Part shown: positions 38,471 to 47,240 of the stretch, piece by piece
Numbering within the stretch: position 1 is the first letter of the stretch
How the letters are laid out: each line of letters begins with the position of its first letter
DNA from: a virus
Length of the DNA: 64,000 nucleotides
Virus record (IMG/VR): IMGVR_UViG_3300028844_001691
Span: 1 to 64,000 of that record
Reading direction: 5' to 3' (one strand)
Notes under the pieces: model-generated
Seen by the model: the letters and a program-made list of their open reading frames with translations, nothing else
The model's database searches: none
Told to the model about the DNA's origin: nothing
Position numbers and translations under genes: made by a program

Positions 38471-40031
38471 CTAATGTTTCAATATCCAATACTGATTGAT
38501 CTAATCCTTGTACACTTTTATGACTGCCAGGCCCAATACCTGTGCCACCTTGATGCTTGTAACGTCCTGTTTTTTGATCTTTAGGAGCATCAACTAGTTG
38601 TCCATCTTTAGTAATACCTGTGTCGTGTATTTCACTTAAATCTTTATATTCACCTGTTTTTAAATTCTGTTCATTACGGCGCATTGCTTCAAATATACCA
38701 TCTCCTAGTTCAGTATGACACATTTGTTTACATTTAGCAGGTTGCATTTCACTACTGTGTTTCCAGTCTTCTTCCAGCAAATATTCATAAAAAGGATGTT
38801 CTAGTATGCTTCTAACAGGGTTATCATCATCTGCAAAGTTATATAAACTGTTCCATTGATCATCTATACCATACTTTTTATAACTAGGAAGAGGCCAATG
38901 ATCTGATTTATTTTCATAAAATTCAATTCCACCTAACCAATTACAGGGCCATACTTTACCTGTAGCATCAACGTATATACGTGGATCACCTATGTTTTGA
39001 CATATAATGTTTTGTTTAGTACTCCAAAAGTTCTTAGCAGTTTCAGTATGCTTTAAATGAATACCTTTAATCTTTTCTCTATAAGGATGACGATGTTCAG
39101 GTTTAATGCTTACATTCACAGGCGAAAGTTCGGTGCCACCTTGTTTTGCGGCTCGGCTCGAAGAGACGCCAGAAGTGTCGGTAAGCTCAAATTTTATAGT
39201 AGTGTCTTTTCGCATTAGTTCCTGCTTAGAACTACGGTCTTTAAGCATTTCAAACTCAGCATCTTCTGCCAACTTCTCTGCTTCACGTTTGCTCATGCGT
39301 ATAGGGTTATATCTAAAACTGACCTTTTCAATAAACTCACTAAAGCCCAAGTCCTTTGCATATGCTTTGGCCTCGTCTAATTGGTGTTCATTGTGATTCA
39401 TCATAATCCATTGCCAACGTGCTCTGCCTCCTGCATTAATAAATGCAGTTACATTTTCTACAATACGATCCCATTTTGCACCCACACGATACAAATGGTT
39501 GGTATCAGCCAGTCCGTCAATGCTAAAGGTAACTCTACCGCCGTAGTAATTCTTTATATTGTCACGGCTTCCACCTTCGCCATTGATTATTGTGGCTAGT
39601 TCTGCCCACCATTCTGGACTTCTTGATGCTCCATTACTTGATATGCTTACGTTCTTTGTACCGTGTTCTCTAAAGTAACGCAGTATGTCTAGTGTTTCAG
39701 GGTGTGCTGTGGGATCACCATAATTACCGCAACTTAAAAAATAGTGTAGTTGTGCCACAAATTCGGGTGGGAAAAACCTTTTGATATCAGCAAGACTAAT
39801 TAACTTTTTACCTGCCTTCTCTAGTTCTGGATTAAATGTACGTCCACAACCTCCACAGTATAAGAAACAAGTGTTGTTGAATTCCAATTCTAAACGTTTA
39901 ACACGTTCATATTGAAACATGGTGTAGCCAGCACTGTCTTTCCATTTGTTCGCTTTACGCTCTGTCAATAGTTGCGGATTTAAAGGTGTTTGAGGATCTT
40001 TATTAAACTGTGATTTATCGTAGTTGCTCAT
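38454..40031 (-). CDS. Radical SAM protein with C-terminal twitch/SPASM-like domain (type B, extended)
   Basis: CFLYCGGC; GNYGDP; FSIDGLADTNHLYR; ICQ...TGKVWPCNW...CKQMC. Confidence 0.9.
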   Translation of the reverse strand: MSNYDKSQFNKDPQTPLNPQLLTERKANKWKDSAGYTMFQYERVKRLELEFNNTCFLYCGGCGRTFNPELEKAGKKLISLADIKRFFPPEFVAQLHYFLSCGNYGDPTAHPETLDILRYFREHGTKNVSISSNGASRSPEWWAELATIINGEGGSRDNIKNYYGGRVTFSIDGLADTNHLYRVGAKWDRIVENVTAFINAGGRARWQWIMMNHNEHQLDEAKAYAKDLGFSEFIEKVSFRYNPIRMSKREAEKLAEDAEFEMLKDRSSKQELMRKDTTIKFELTDTSGVSSSRAAKQGGTELSPVNVSIKPEHRHPYREKIKGIHLKHTETAKNFWSTKQNIICQNIGDPRIYVDATGKVWPCNWLGGIEFYENKSDHWPLPSYKKYGIDDQWNSLYNFADDDNPVRSILEHPFYEYLLEEDWKHSSEMQPAKCKQMCHTELGDGIFEAMRRNEQNLKTGEYKDLSEIHDTGITKDGQLVDAPKDQKTGRYKHQGGTGIGPGSHKSVQGLDQSVLDIETLDDDES

Positions 40032-40119
40032 ATAAACTCTTTATAATTGATTAGCATAGTATTACTCTATACAACACTGTTATTTACTCTAGTGTCACGT
40101 TAGAACCCTAGTAGGCGGA

Positions 40120-40139
40120 TAAATGAATTAATTCATTTA
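40120..40139. repeat. Perfect 20-bp palindrome TAAATGAATTAATTCATTTA
   Basis: Direct reading. Confidence 0.9.
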
Positions 40140-40184
40140 ATAGTATACACTGTGGGGAAGTTCAACAACTGTTGTGTGTTGCAT
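40137..40184 (-). CDS. Putative leaderless 15-aa peptide MQHTTVVELPHSVYY
   Basis: TATAAATA (40190-40197, minus) + 5 nt + ATG. Confidence 0.4.
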   Translation of the reverse strand: MQHTTVVELPHSVYY

Positions 40185-40189
40185 ACAGT

Positions 40190-40242
40190 TATTTATACTT
40201 TCCTTATACTGCTATTATACACAAAGAATGACTATAATGCAA
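40190..40242 (-). promoter_or_regulatory. Tandem sigma70-like and late-type promoters
   Basis: TTGCAT-N17-TATAAT (40242-40214) and TATAAATA (40197-40190); a further TAAATA at 40086-40081. Confidence 0.6.
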
Positions 40243-40248
40243 GTAAAT

Positions 40249-40350
40249 TCAATTAAAATGAATTAAATTACAAGTGAATCCGGGGTCAAATATTTTTCTT
40301 AATGGTCGGTTGCCGTCGCTCCGGTAAGCCTTTTTGTCGTGCTCGTACAC
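40249..40350 (-). CDS. Possible 33-aa peptide (M)YEHDKKAYRSDGNRPLRKIFDPGFTCNLIHFN
   Basis: AGGAG 5 nt before GTG, just after the rSAM stop; codon usage atypical. Confidence 0.3.
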   Translation of the reverse strand: MYEHDKKAYRSDGNRPLRKIFDPGFTCNLIHFN

Positions 40351-40364
40351 TGTGTCTCCTACCT

Positions 40365-41573
40365 TTAAGACACCTTGCGTATAGATTCAGTTATAAAGTC
40401 CCGTGTAAGGGGCTCTAAATAGTCTTTATAGTGTTGTTTACGGTGCTCATCCAATACTTGTATGCTCTTGACCATTATCTTTAATTGTGCCACCGTAGGA
40501 GGACTATAGTTCGCTAATAATGATTTAATTGAATTAATTAATATGTTACTGTTTGAGCAGTATTCAATATCCTTTAATGCTGTTTCTAGTATATGCTCGG
40601 GTACCATCTTTAAACTGTTGTAGTTATCGTCTGGGTGTAGTATGTTATTCATATATAACTTGTTTGCTCCCAGTCTACTCTGTAGTCTACCAAGGTTCTC
40701 TATATTAAATAACTGTGGTACACAACAGAAATCATAACTTATATCATACTTGCCACGTGTTACACTCTCTAACAGTCTTATTCTATCATTAAAATTGTCC
40801 CACCTATAGGGATATCTTATGTATTCATATGTAGTACCTGTACCATCTACACTTATATTCAAATGTACTTTGTTAAATTCATCAAATAACTCCATGAATT
40901 TAGGGGAGAATTTGGTAGCATTAGTTGTTAACTGTAGACGAATGTCTCGTGCATAGCCTTTGTCTACTATGTAGTGTAGTATATCTAACACTTCTCGTTG
41001 TACTAGAGGTTCTCCGCCTGTGAATTTAAGCACACTCACACCTTGTTCTAGTATAGTGTATACATCTTGTTGTAGTTCTTCTTTCATACTAACCAGTGTT
41101 CTGTCATTTAAATGTGCATAGTTACTTGGCGGAAGTATTTTTTTGTTTATTAGAGCATCTCTTTCCTCGGCGATTAAGTTACTGTCACTGGGACTGCACA
41201 TACGACAGCGGAGGTTACACTGATTTGTTAACTTTAAATCTAAATATTGTATTCTAGGTTTGTCTTCGACTATACTATCAAACTTGTTCTGCATACTAGT
41301 TCTTACACTAGTACCGGCGGCTTCTTCTGTACGCCAACAACGTCTACACATTGCATTCTTGACACCGTTATTGAGATCACTTCTCAATTGATTCATCTCT
41401 GCACCGTGAAACCATGACGTCAAATCGTAGTCACTGTTGCGAATGTTTGTGGGATTATCCCGGCCCTCTGCATTACAACAGGGTTTGAATGTTCCTATTG
41501 CACTGCTATGACTGTGTACCCAGGGTAATGGGCACCATGTTGTACTATCTTTATTTGGTTTCATATCACTCAT
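40365..41573 (-). CDS. N-terminal twitch radical SAM protein (type A)
   Basis: CPLPW...PCC...CRRC; CNLRCRMC; TGGEP. Confidence 0.92.
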   Translation of the reverse strand: MSDMKPNKDSTTWCPLPWVHSHSSAIGTFKPCCNAEGRDNPTNIRNSDYDLTSWFHGAEMNQLRSDLNNGVKNAMCRRCWRTEEAAGTSVRTSMQNKFDSIVEDKPRIQYLDLKLTNQCNLRCRMCSPSDSNLIAEERDALINKKILPPSNYAHLNDRTLVSMKEELQQDVYTILEQGVSVLKFTGGEPLVQREVLDILHYIVDKGYARDIRLQLTTNATKFSPKFMELFDEFNKVHLNISVDGTGTTYEYIRYPYRWDNFNDRIRLLESVTRGKYDISYDFCCVPQLFNIENLGRLQSRLGANKLYMNNILHPDDNYNSLKMVPEHILETALKDIEYCSNSNILINSIKSLLANYSPPTVAQLKIMVKSIQVLDEHRKQHYKDYLEPLTRDFITESIRKVS

Positions 41574-41589
41574 ACGATTGCTTATTATT

Positions 41590-41617
41590 AGTATACACTC
41601 TTTTGGGCCTTTGTCAA
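41590..41617 (-). promoter_or_regulatory. Sigma70-like promoter for the rSAM gene 40365..41573
   Basis: TTGACA-N16-TATACT on minus strand. Confidence 0.65.
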
Positions 41618-41651
41618 CCTATTATCCGTGTTATTATTGGAGAAAAACCGG

Positions 41652-41784
41652 TTGACAACCTGGTGTAAATGTGTTATAATATATGTATTATAATAACTAT
41701 TCTAGATCCATGATTGAATCTCCTAGTAATACTGTATTTATTGTGCAATAAACCGGTTGACAGATACTGTATATGTGCTATTAT
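41652..41784 (+). promoter_or_regulatory. Two tandem early promoters, each preceded by AAACCGG
   Basis: TTGACA-N17-TATAAT (41652-41680) and TTGACA-N13-TGC-TATTAT (41757-41784). Confidence 0.8.
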
Positions 41785-41817
41785 ATATGTATAAGTTAAA
41801 CAAAACAGGAGATACAT

Positions 41818-42069
41818 ATGTCATTTGAAACCTACAGTATATTAAAAGTAAGACAAGCCTTTGATAATGCAGATAAACCTGACCCAGATATGCATTGGAG
41901 TCATGGTACACTATGGGTAGATACCAATAGTGAAGAGGATATGGATCTAGTAGCGACTACACTAGAGAATGATGTATTAAGTTCAGACTACAAAGTAGAT
42001 ATGAACTGTCTTAAAGCAACAGAGACTGAGCCTTGGGATCAATGGGCAGTTGATATAGTACAAGCATAG
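41818..42069 (+). CDS. Small acidic early protein
   Basis: AGGAG SD; tandem promoters upstream. Confidence 0.8.
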   Translation: MSFETYSILKVRQAFDNADKPDPDMHWSHGTLWVDTNSEEDMDLVATTLENDVLSSDYKVDMNCLKATETEPWDQWAVDIVQA

Positions 42070-42294
42070 TATACCCACAGTATGAGCTAATAGGGGGGTT
42101 ATACGAACTGTATACACTATATCCTAATATAACTTGAATTCAAAAAAACTTTCTGAAATCTGACCCCAGGGGGCTACGTTTTGGCCCCACCTTGATTCCT
42201 TACCCTGGCGCAATCAAATCGGCTATCAATTTTTTTGAGGTTTTAGCAACACCTTTTCACACCTTTAAATCCGTCTACTAGAGTAAATAACTAT

Positions 42295-42552
42295 ATGTAC
42301 ACTCACATATCAATACTAACAAGTAAAAGCAATCGTGTATACAACACTGCTGAACAGTGGCACAATGAACACGGTCCTTGTGGCGTATTCAATACTAGTG
42401 TAATCAAAGGTAGTATTGTGTGCGATGGTACTAGCAGTGTTACTCGTACACTAGTATATGACAATCATTCAATGCGTACACAACACAGTGAATCAAAGCG
42501 AAGTGTCGATAAGTCATTTACACAACAACTCATACAAGAGATATTAAGTTAA
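42295..42552 (+). CDS. Hypothetical protein, leaderless late-type start
   Basis: TAAATA 42284-42289 + 5 nt + ATG. Confidence 0.7.
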   Translation: MYTHISILTSKSNRVYNTAEQWHNEHGPCGVFNTSVIKGSIVCDGTSSVTRTLVYDNHSMRTQHSESKRSVDKSFTQQLIQEILS

Positions 42553-42581
42553 TCATCAACTACGGCATAAGTACTAAACAA

Positions 42582-42752
42582 ATGGCGCAATATACAAAAC
42601 GCAATTTGAATACTAGTAGCGAATATACTTCATATCAAAAGAACAATCCTTTAACAAAATACGTTGAACGAGTTTGTGGAATTAACTGTACTAGTAGAGC
42701 TCCAACTAAACAAAATCAAAAACTTCGTCGTAAGAAATACCAGGGCAAATAA
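42582..42752 (+). CDS. 56-aa basic protein MAQYTKRNLNTSSEY...VCGINC...KLRRKKYQGK (not in ORF track)
   Basis: TAAGTA upstream; open frame filling the gap. Confidence 0.6.
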   Translation: MAQYTKRNLNTSSEYTSYQKNNPLTKYVERVCGINCTSRAPTKQNQKLRRKKYQGK

Positions 42753-42761
42753 AAATTTTTG

Positions 42762-42935
42762 CTATATATTTTTTGTGGGTTTTTGTGCGGGGTTTTTCTT
42801 TCCCATTACAGTATTTAGGTTATACTTAAAGGGCAGACCATTGTTACTGTCCATTAATGCTATTAAACAACATAGTGGCAGGGCAAACATCCATAACAGG
42901 AATACAATAGGAGCGGTGAACACACGTTTGAACAT
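42762..42935 (-). CDS. 57-aa membrane peptide MFKRVFTAPIVFLLWMFALPLCCLIALMD... (not in ORF track)
   Basis: TAAGTA (42946-42941) + 5 nt + ATG; one TM helix. Confidence 0.55.
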   Translation of the reverse strand: MFKRVFTAPIVFLLWMFALPLCCLIALMDSNNGLPFKYNLNTVMGKKNPAQKPTKNI

Positions 42936-43041
42936 ACTAGTACTTATTGTAAAAAATGGCTTTACCGACGCCTTCGTCAGGCAGACCAGCAGTTATTCGC
43001 GGAGCCAACGAAATTCGTCTGGGTTATTACGACGTCTAGTA

Positions 43042-43689
43042 TCATGTGCCTTTGCGTCCTATGTGAAATACTCTTTTAACATTGGGCAGTCTCGGTACAC
43101 TTACACTAGTGTCTCTAGGTTGGTTATGAGGTAAATCTTCTCTTGCGTGTCCAATCCCTACCATAACTCCACTTATTTTAACTCCATGGAAACCAGTTAT
43201 CATGTTAATGCTAGTATCAAAGTCACCGTTTGATTTATCAATTAATAGTTGTTGCATTACATCATTATCATAGCATTGAGTAGCACCTGCACTATATCCT
43301 AGATCCACTGCCGCAGTAATAGTCCAAGCAACTGCTAGTCCATAACTAAAACTCACGTTTCTATTTATTGTGGATTTATTTTTTATATCATCACTTTCGA
43401 TATAACGGTTGTTGTTTATGTGATTGCGAACATATTGTTCATCATGTGCAAACCATACAAGCATAGGAGCATTTAGTTGTCCTTGGTCATTGCTGATTTG
43501 TTTACTTACATTGAACATAGCAGAGATCAGTTTTGGATCTATAGTATAGTAAACATCATACCATGGAATGTTTTGTTTAGTTAATGTACTACGAACTCGT
43601 TCAGCAATCGCCTGTGCTTGTTCTTGAGTAATAGGTCGAGTTTGATCCCAGTTGCGTTGAGTTTTTGTTATAGTGTTCCAGTCAATCAT
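43042..43689 (-). CDS. Nitroreductase-like protein
   Basis: TQRNWD, TKQN, QLNAP, MVGIGH; TAAATA + 5 nt + ATG. Confidence 0.6.
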   Translation of the reverse strand: MIDWNTITKTQRNWDQTRPITQEQAQAIAERVRSTLTKQNIPWYDVYYTIDPKLISAMFNVSKQISNDQGQLNAPMLVWFAHDEQYVRNHINNNRYIESDDIKNKSTINRNVSFSYGLAVAWTITAAVDLGYSAGATQCYDNDVMQQLLIDKSNGDFDTSINMITGFHGVKISGVMVGIGHAREDLPHNQPRDTSVSVPRLPNVKRVFHIGRKGT

Positions 43690-43728
43690 AGCAATATTTA
43701 AATGCTCCCGTATGGTATTAATAAGATA

Positions 43729-45144
43729 CTATTTTAAATCGTCAAAGATATGAGTCATGTGTGGAAATGCTTGTGCAAAGTTTTGACCACGATGTTGTTC
43801 TAGTTTCTCAACCCATTCCTTCATCTCAGGTAATCGTTCACTCCAGTCTTCTGCATTCATAAAATTAACTATGTTTTCAAAACGTTTGACTCCATATGTA
43901 CTTGCTAACCAAGTGTCATAGTCTACGCCTGCTTGTTCAACTCCTGTAAACAACTTCCAGTTTGCTTTCATCCAAGGAATAAACTCTTCAGTATACTTGC
44001 GTGTTACTTCTCGTTTAAAGTCCAGTGGTAATACTTTAACGTTTAGTTGTGGTGGCCAATAAGCAAAGTGCATATTAATACCGCCAGCACCCAGAGGCCA
44101 TATGTTGATCTTTTTAAAGTTTTGTTCTAGTTTCCATTTAACAAACTCTGGAAGATAGTATATGTTCAATGCCATGATAGTAGTAGCAGTTGTTACTTCT
44201 ACATTAGGTCCTGTGTTGTCTAACAAATGAAACTGTTTCACTTGATGTTCCCAAACACTAGGGTAACGTATGTAATCATTTTGTATACCGTGTGCGTCTA
44301 TGCTATAGTGAAACCTTACACGTTTAAACTTGTCCCATAGATCAAACAGTCGTTGTGGTAATTCAACTCCGTTACTGTTGTAACGCAATTCAATTTTGTG
44401 TGCGTATCCTCTGCGTACAACTTCTTCTAACAGTGTGTAGTGTTCTTCGATAACAGTACTTTCACCGCCTGCAAAGTATAACTGATACATATGTGGAATT
44501 TGTTCATACAACTCTTCCCAAAATTTTGGATTCTTCATGTGCCAATTGTATGTAGCACCATCTACTTGTCCTTTTTGATCCCACTGCATACTGTTCTTTA
44601 GTTTAGCATTCTCCAGTGTCGGATACATCTTCTTCCAGTCTTTAACCCAACCACTGCTATCATGAGGACTACACATAACACAACCCAGTTGGCATTTACT
44701 TCCCATGCGTAAATCAATGTACCTTATCTTAGGTGGAACACTGCCATCTTCCTGTGTTTCTCTTACTAGTTCGTCTAGGTCAAATCTGTTTCCCCAATAC
44801 TCTGTCTCCCACATACGTTTGCTGGCGTGACCGGCATCTTCTTCTTTGTAACACTTTAAACAACTGGCAGGCTTTTCACCTTTAAGCATTTGCAGTCTTA
44901 CACTTCGCATATAACTATTGTTCCATGCGTCTTTTAAACCTGTGGTGTTAAAGTTAGCAGGCTTACCATCGTCGTTCTTTAGTACGCCAACTTCACCGCC
45001 ACCTACTTTTTTACTACTGTCTGCATCTTGTACTGCACTTGCATTGGCTGTACAACATACTCTCATATGTCCGTTAGGTCTACTGGATAAGTGCATCCAC
45101 GGTAAAGCACAAAATGTTTCTGAAGGGAGTTTCTTATTAGGCAT
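43729..45144 (-). CDS. N-terminal twitch radical SAM protein (type A)
   Basis: CALPW...VCC...CLKC; CQLGCVMC; AGGES. Confidence 0.92.
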   Translation of the reverse strand: MPNKKLPSETFCALPWMHLSSRPNGHMRVCCTANASAVQDADSSKKVGGGEVGVLKNDDGKPANFNTTGLKDAWNNSYMRSVRLQMLKGEKPASCLKCYKEEDAGHASKRMWETEYWGNRFDLDELVRETQEDGSVPPKIRYIDLRMGSKCQLGCVMCSPHDSSGWVKDWKKMYPTLENAKLKNSMQWDQKGQVDGATYNWHMKNPKFWEELYEQIPHMYQLYFAGGESTVIEEHYTLLEEVVRRGYAHKIELRYNSNGVELPQRLFDLWDKFKRVRFHYSIDAHGIQNDYIRYPSVWEHQVKQFHLLDNTGPNVEVTTATTIMALNIYYLPEFVKWKLEQNFKKINIWPLGAGGINMHFAYWPPQLNVKVLPLDFKREVTRKYTEEFIPWMKANWKLFTGVEQAGVDYDTWLASTYGVKRFENIVNFMNAEDWSERLPEMKEWVEKLEQHRGQNFAQAFPHMTHIFDDLK

Positions 45145-46348
45145 TAATTTTCCTGTCTTGTGTATTTAGTTGTAGTTCGGGTATGTAGTTTTGTATATTG
45201 ATTCCACGCACATGATCCATGTGTGAGCAATACTCAATTAATTTTGTTCTTGTTTCTTGATTAGTTCCTTGGTCAGCACTTTGTTGATAAAAACGTTTTA
45301 TGTTTTCTAGTTTACTTGTTATATGTTCTGGCAGTTCTCTTAACACCATGTTTAATCTAAACAAGCCTAGTTCCAATTGACTTCTTGTTAATCCATTTAC
45401 TCGTAACTGTCTAGGTTGATGTAAAGGTTCAACATGAAAGTCGAAACTTGGAAACTCTTTGTGCATCTTTAATAATGCATTTGGAAAGTCTAAATAGTTT
45501 AAACTCATTATACACATTATTAGACTGCTGTCAACACTTTTATTTTCTTGTGCATATGTATGAAACTTTTTTAAGTTAGGTAGTATACTATTCCATTGTG
45601 CAGGATAACGTATGTAATCATTTACAGTTCCCCATCCTTCTATACTATGTCCTATGCTAACTCTATTAACACGTTGCAGATAGTTGTCAAATTTAGTAAT
45701 ATCAAATGTGTTGTTAATGTTTAATACCAATTGACTGTTTGGACTTTCACCTTCTGCTACTTCTTTAAGTATTTGTTCTAGTTCGGGCATAACACTAGTC
45801 TCACCGCCATTAATTTTATAACGCCATACACGTTTGTATATGTCTTGAAACTTGTAACTGTTGTCTGGATACCAACCACCAATTACGATTGGTCCTTTAT
45901 AGTCTCTGTGCTTTTTACTTTCTAATGCAAACTGACTACTGCGATTGTTATTACACATAACACATTTACTATTACAAAAGTTACTAGGCTTTACATCTAA
46001 ATAATTAACTTCGTCGATGTCACCATGTGTAGTTTCTTTTCCTGTAAATGCAGTACCAAACTTTTTTTCGTACTTGGCAATTTCACTTAAACGTTTACTA
46101 GTAAATCCTTGGCGTTCTCTTTTGTAACATATGCGTTCACAATGTTCATTACTTTCACCATCGAGCATTTGTTGTCTTAATCTTTTGAACTGTGGCTTGT
46201 TGTATGCTTCACTTAAACTTTCTTGTACTCCCATGGGACTATCGAATTTGGTTATCTCACAACATGGACTTAAACTTCCATTAGTGTTAACGCAAATATG
46301 TTTCCATAACAGTGGACAACGTTTGTGATCTTTATGGGTAGTTTGCAT
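45137..46348 (-). CDS. N-terminal twitch radical SAM protein (type A)
   Basis: CPLLW...PCC...CERIC; CNSKCVMC; NGGET. Confidence 0.9.
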   Translation of the reverse strand: MQTTHKDHKRCPLLWKHICVNTNGSLSPCCEITKFDSPMGVQESLSEAYNKPQFKRLRQQMLDGESNEHCERICYKRERQGFTSKRLSEIAKYEKKFGTAFTGKETTHGDIDEVNYLDVKPSNFCNSKCVMCNNNRSSQFALESKKHRDYKGPIVIGGWYPDNSYKFQDIYKRVWRYKINGGETSVMPELEQILKEVAEGESPNSQLVLNINNTFDITKFDNYLQRVNRVSIGHSIEGWGTVNDYIRYPAQWNSILPNLKKFHTYAQENKSVDSSLIMCIMSLNYLDFPNALLKMHKEFPSFDFHVEPLHQPRQLRVNGLTRSQLELGLFRLNMVLRELPEHITSKLENIKRFYQQSADQGTNQETRTKLIEYCSHMDHVRGINIQNYIPELQLNTQDRKINA

Positions 46349-47240
46349 AATCCCTTTTCGCCATATATGTAATTCGTAATCCGGCTTTAGTTTTGAATTG
46401 AGGTTTAGTACCTAATGTACTACTGTGTATTTGTGCAGTGTCAAAAACGTGTAAGTCTCCAGGAGTCCAGTCGTAACTATGTTCAACTGACAATCCATGA
46501 TACCTGTCAATAGTACTTGGTGCTTTATCTAATTCATAACGCAAGAAGTCATCATACAACATTCTAGTCTTTTCTCTGTCAATGGTTGTTGGTCCATCTA
46601 ATGTATATACATTTTTAATTTGTGTATAATCTGTGTAACTGTTGTAATGTGTTGTGCTAATAAACGGTCCATAGTCAAGTGTGCAACCTGTGTCAACTAC
46701 TCGTTGATCATAGTATATCATTTTACATTTACTCTTACCTGGATTAATATACAAAGGTATTAACATACTTTTATATGTTATTAGGTCACTGTCCCAATGA
46801 TCATCAGGTGCTGGCATATCAGTGTGTACACCGTATTGATGTGGAGTATGAAAGAAGTTACCGCCTGATGTGAAAACTTTATCCCAATCCCAACTAGTAT
46901 CTTTTAATACATCTTCAGTCCATGGTCTAATAAAATCTTTTACTAACTGTCTAAAGTTACCACTAAAGAATAAGTTTCCAGTTTTACTTACTCTCCACGA
47001 ACCAGTATCTCTAAACATAAACTCGCAAAGTGTTTTAATTTTATCTTCGTCAAATACATTTTGATGTACTACACTTTCTTCCATATAGTTTTCAATGTAT
47101 TGTTTTTTAAAACCGTCATTGAATATCATACCTGCTTTGTCTTCTGATCCTGATTTGTCTTCTGATTCTGAACGCACACCTTGTTTAACATATTTAAATG
47201 TACCCAACTCCATCTCTGCATTATTCTTTTCATCTATCAT
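46332..47240 (-). CDS. 2OG-Fe(II) oxygenase-like protein
   Basis: VHTD...WTPGDLHVFD...IHSS. Confidence 0.55.
   Translation of the reverse strand: MIDEKNNAEMELGTFKYVKQGVRSESEDKSGSEDKAGMIFNDGFKKQYIENYMEESVVHQNVFDEDKIKTLCEFMFRDTGSWRVSKTGNLFFSGNFRQLVKDFIRPWTEDVLKDTSWDWDKVFTSGGNFFHTPHQYGVHTDMPAPDDHWDSDLITYKSMLIPLYINPGKSKCKMIYYDQRVVDTGCTLDYGPFISTTHYNSYTDYTQIKNVYTLDGPTTIDREKTRMLYDDFLRYELDKAPSTIDRYHGLSVEHSYDWTPGDLHVFDTAQIHSSTLGTKPQFKTKAGLRITYMAKRDYANYP

Noticed and set aside
40282-42167. Tn3-family transposon suggested by GGGGTC ends
   Set aside because: The match is only ~10 bp rather than 38 bp, and there is no transposase or resolvase
42955-43035. Hammerhead ribozyme (CTGACGA on the minus strand)
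   Set aside because: The required GAAA after stem II is absent; more likely a terminator-like hairpin
42664-43134. 156-aa plus-strand ORF from the track
   Set aside because: No SD or promoter; overlaps three better-supported genes
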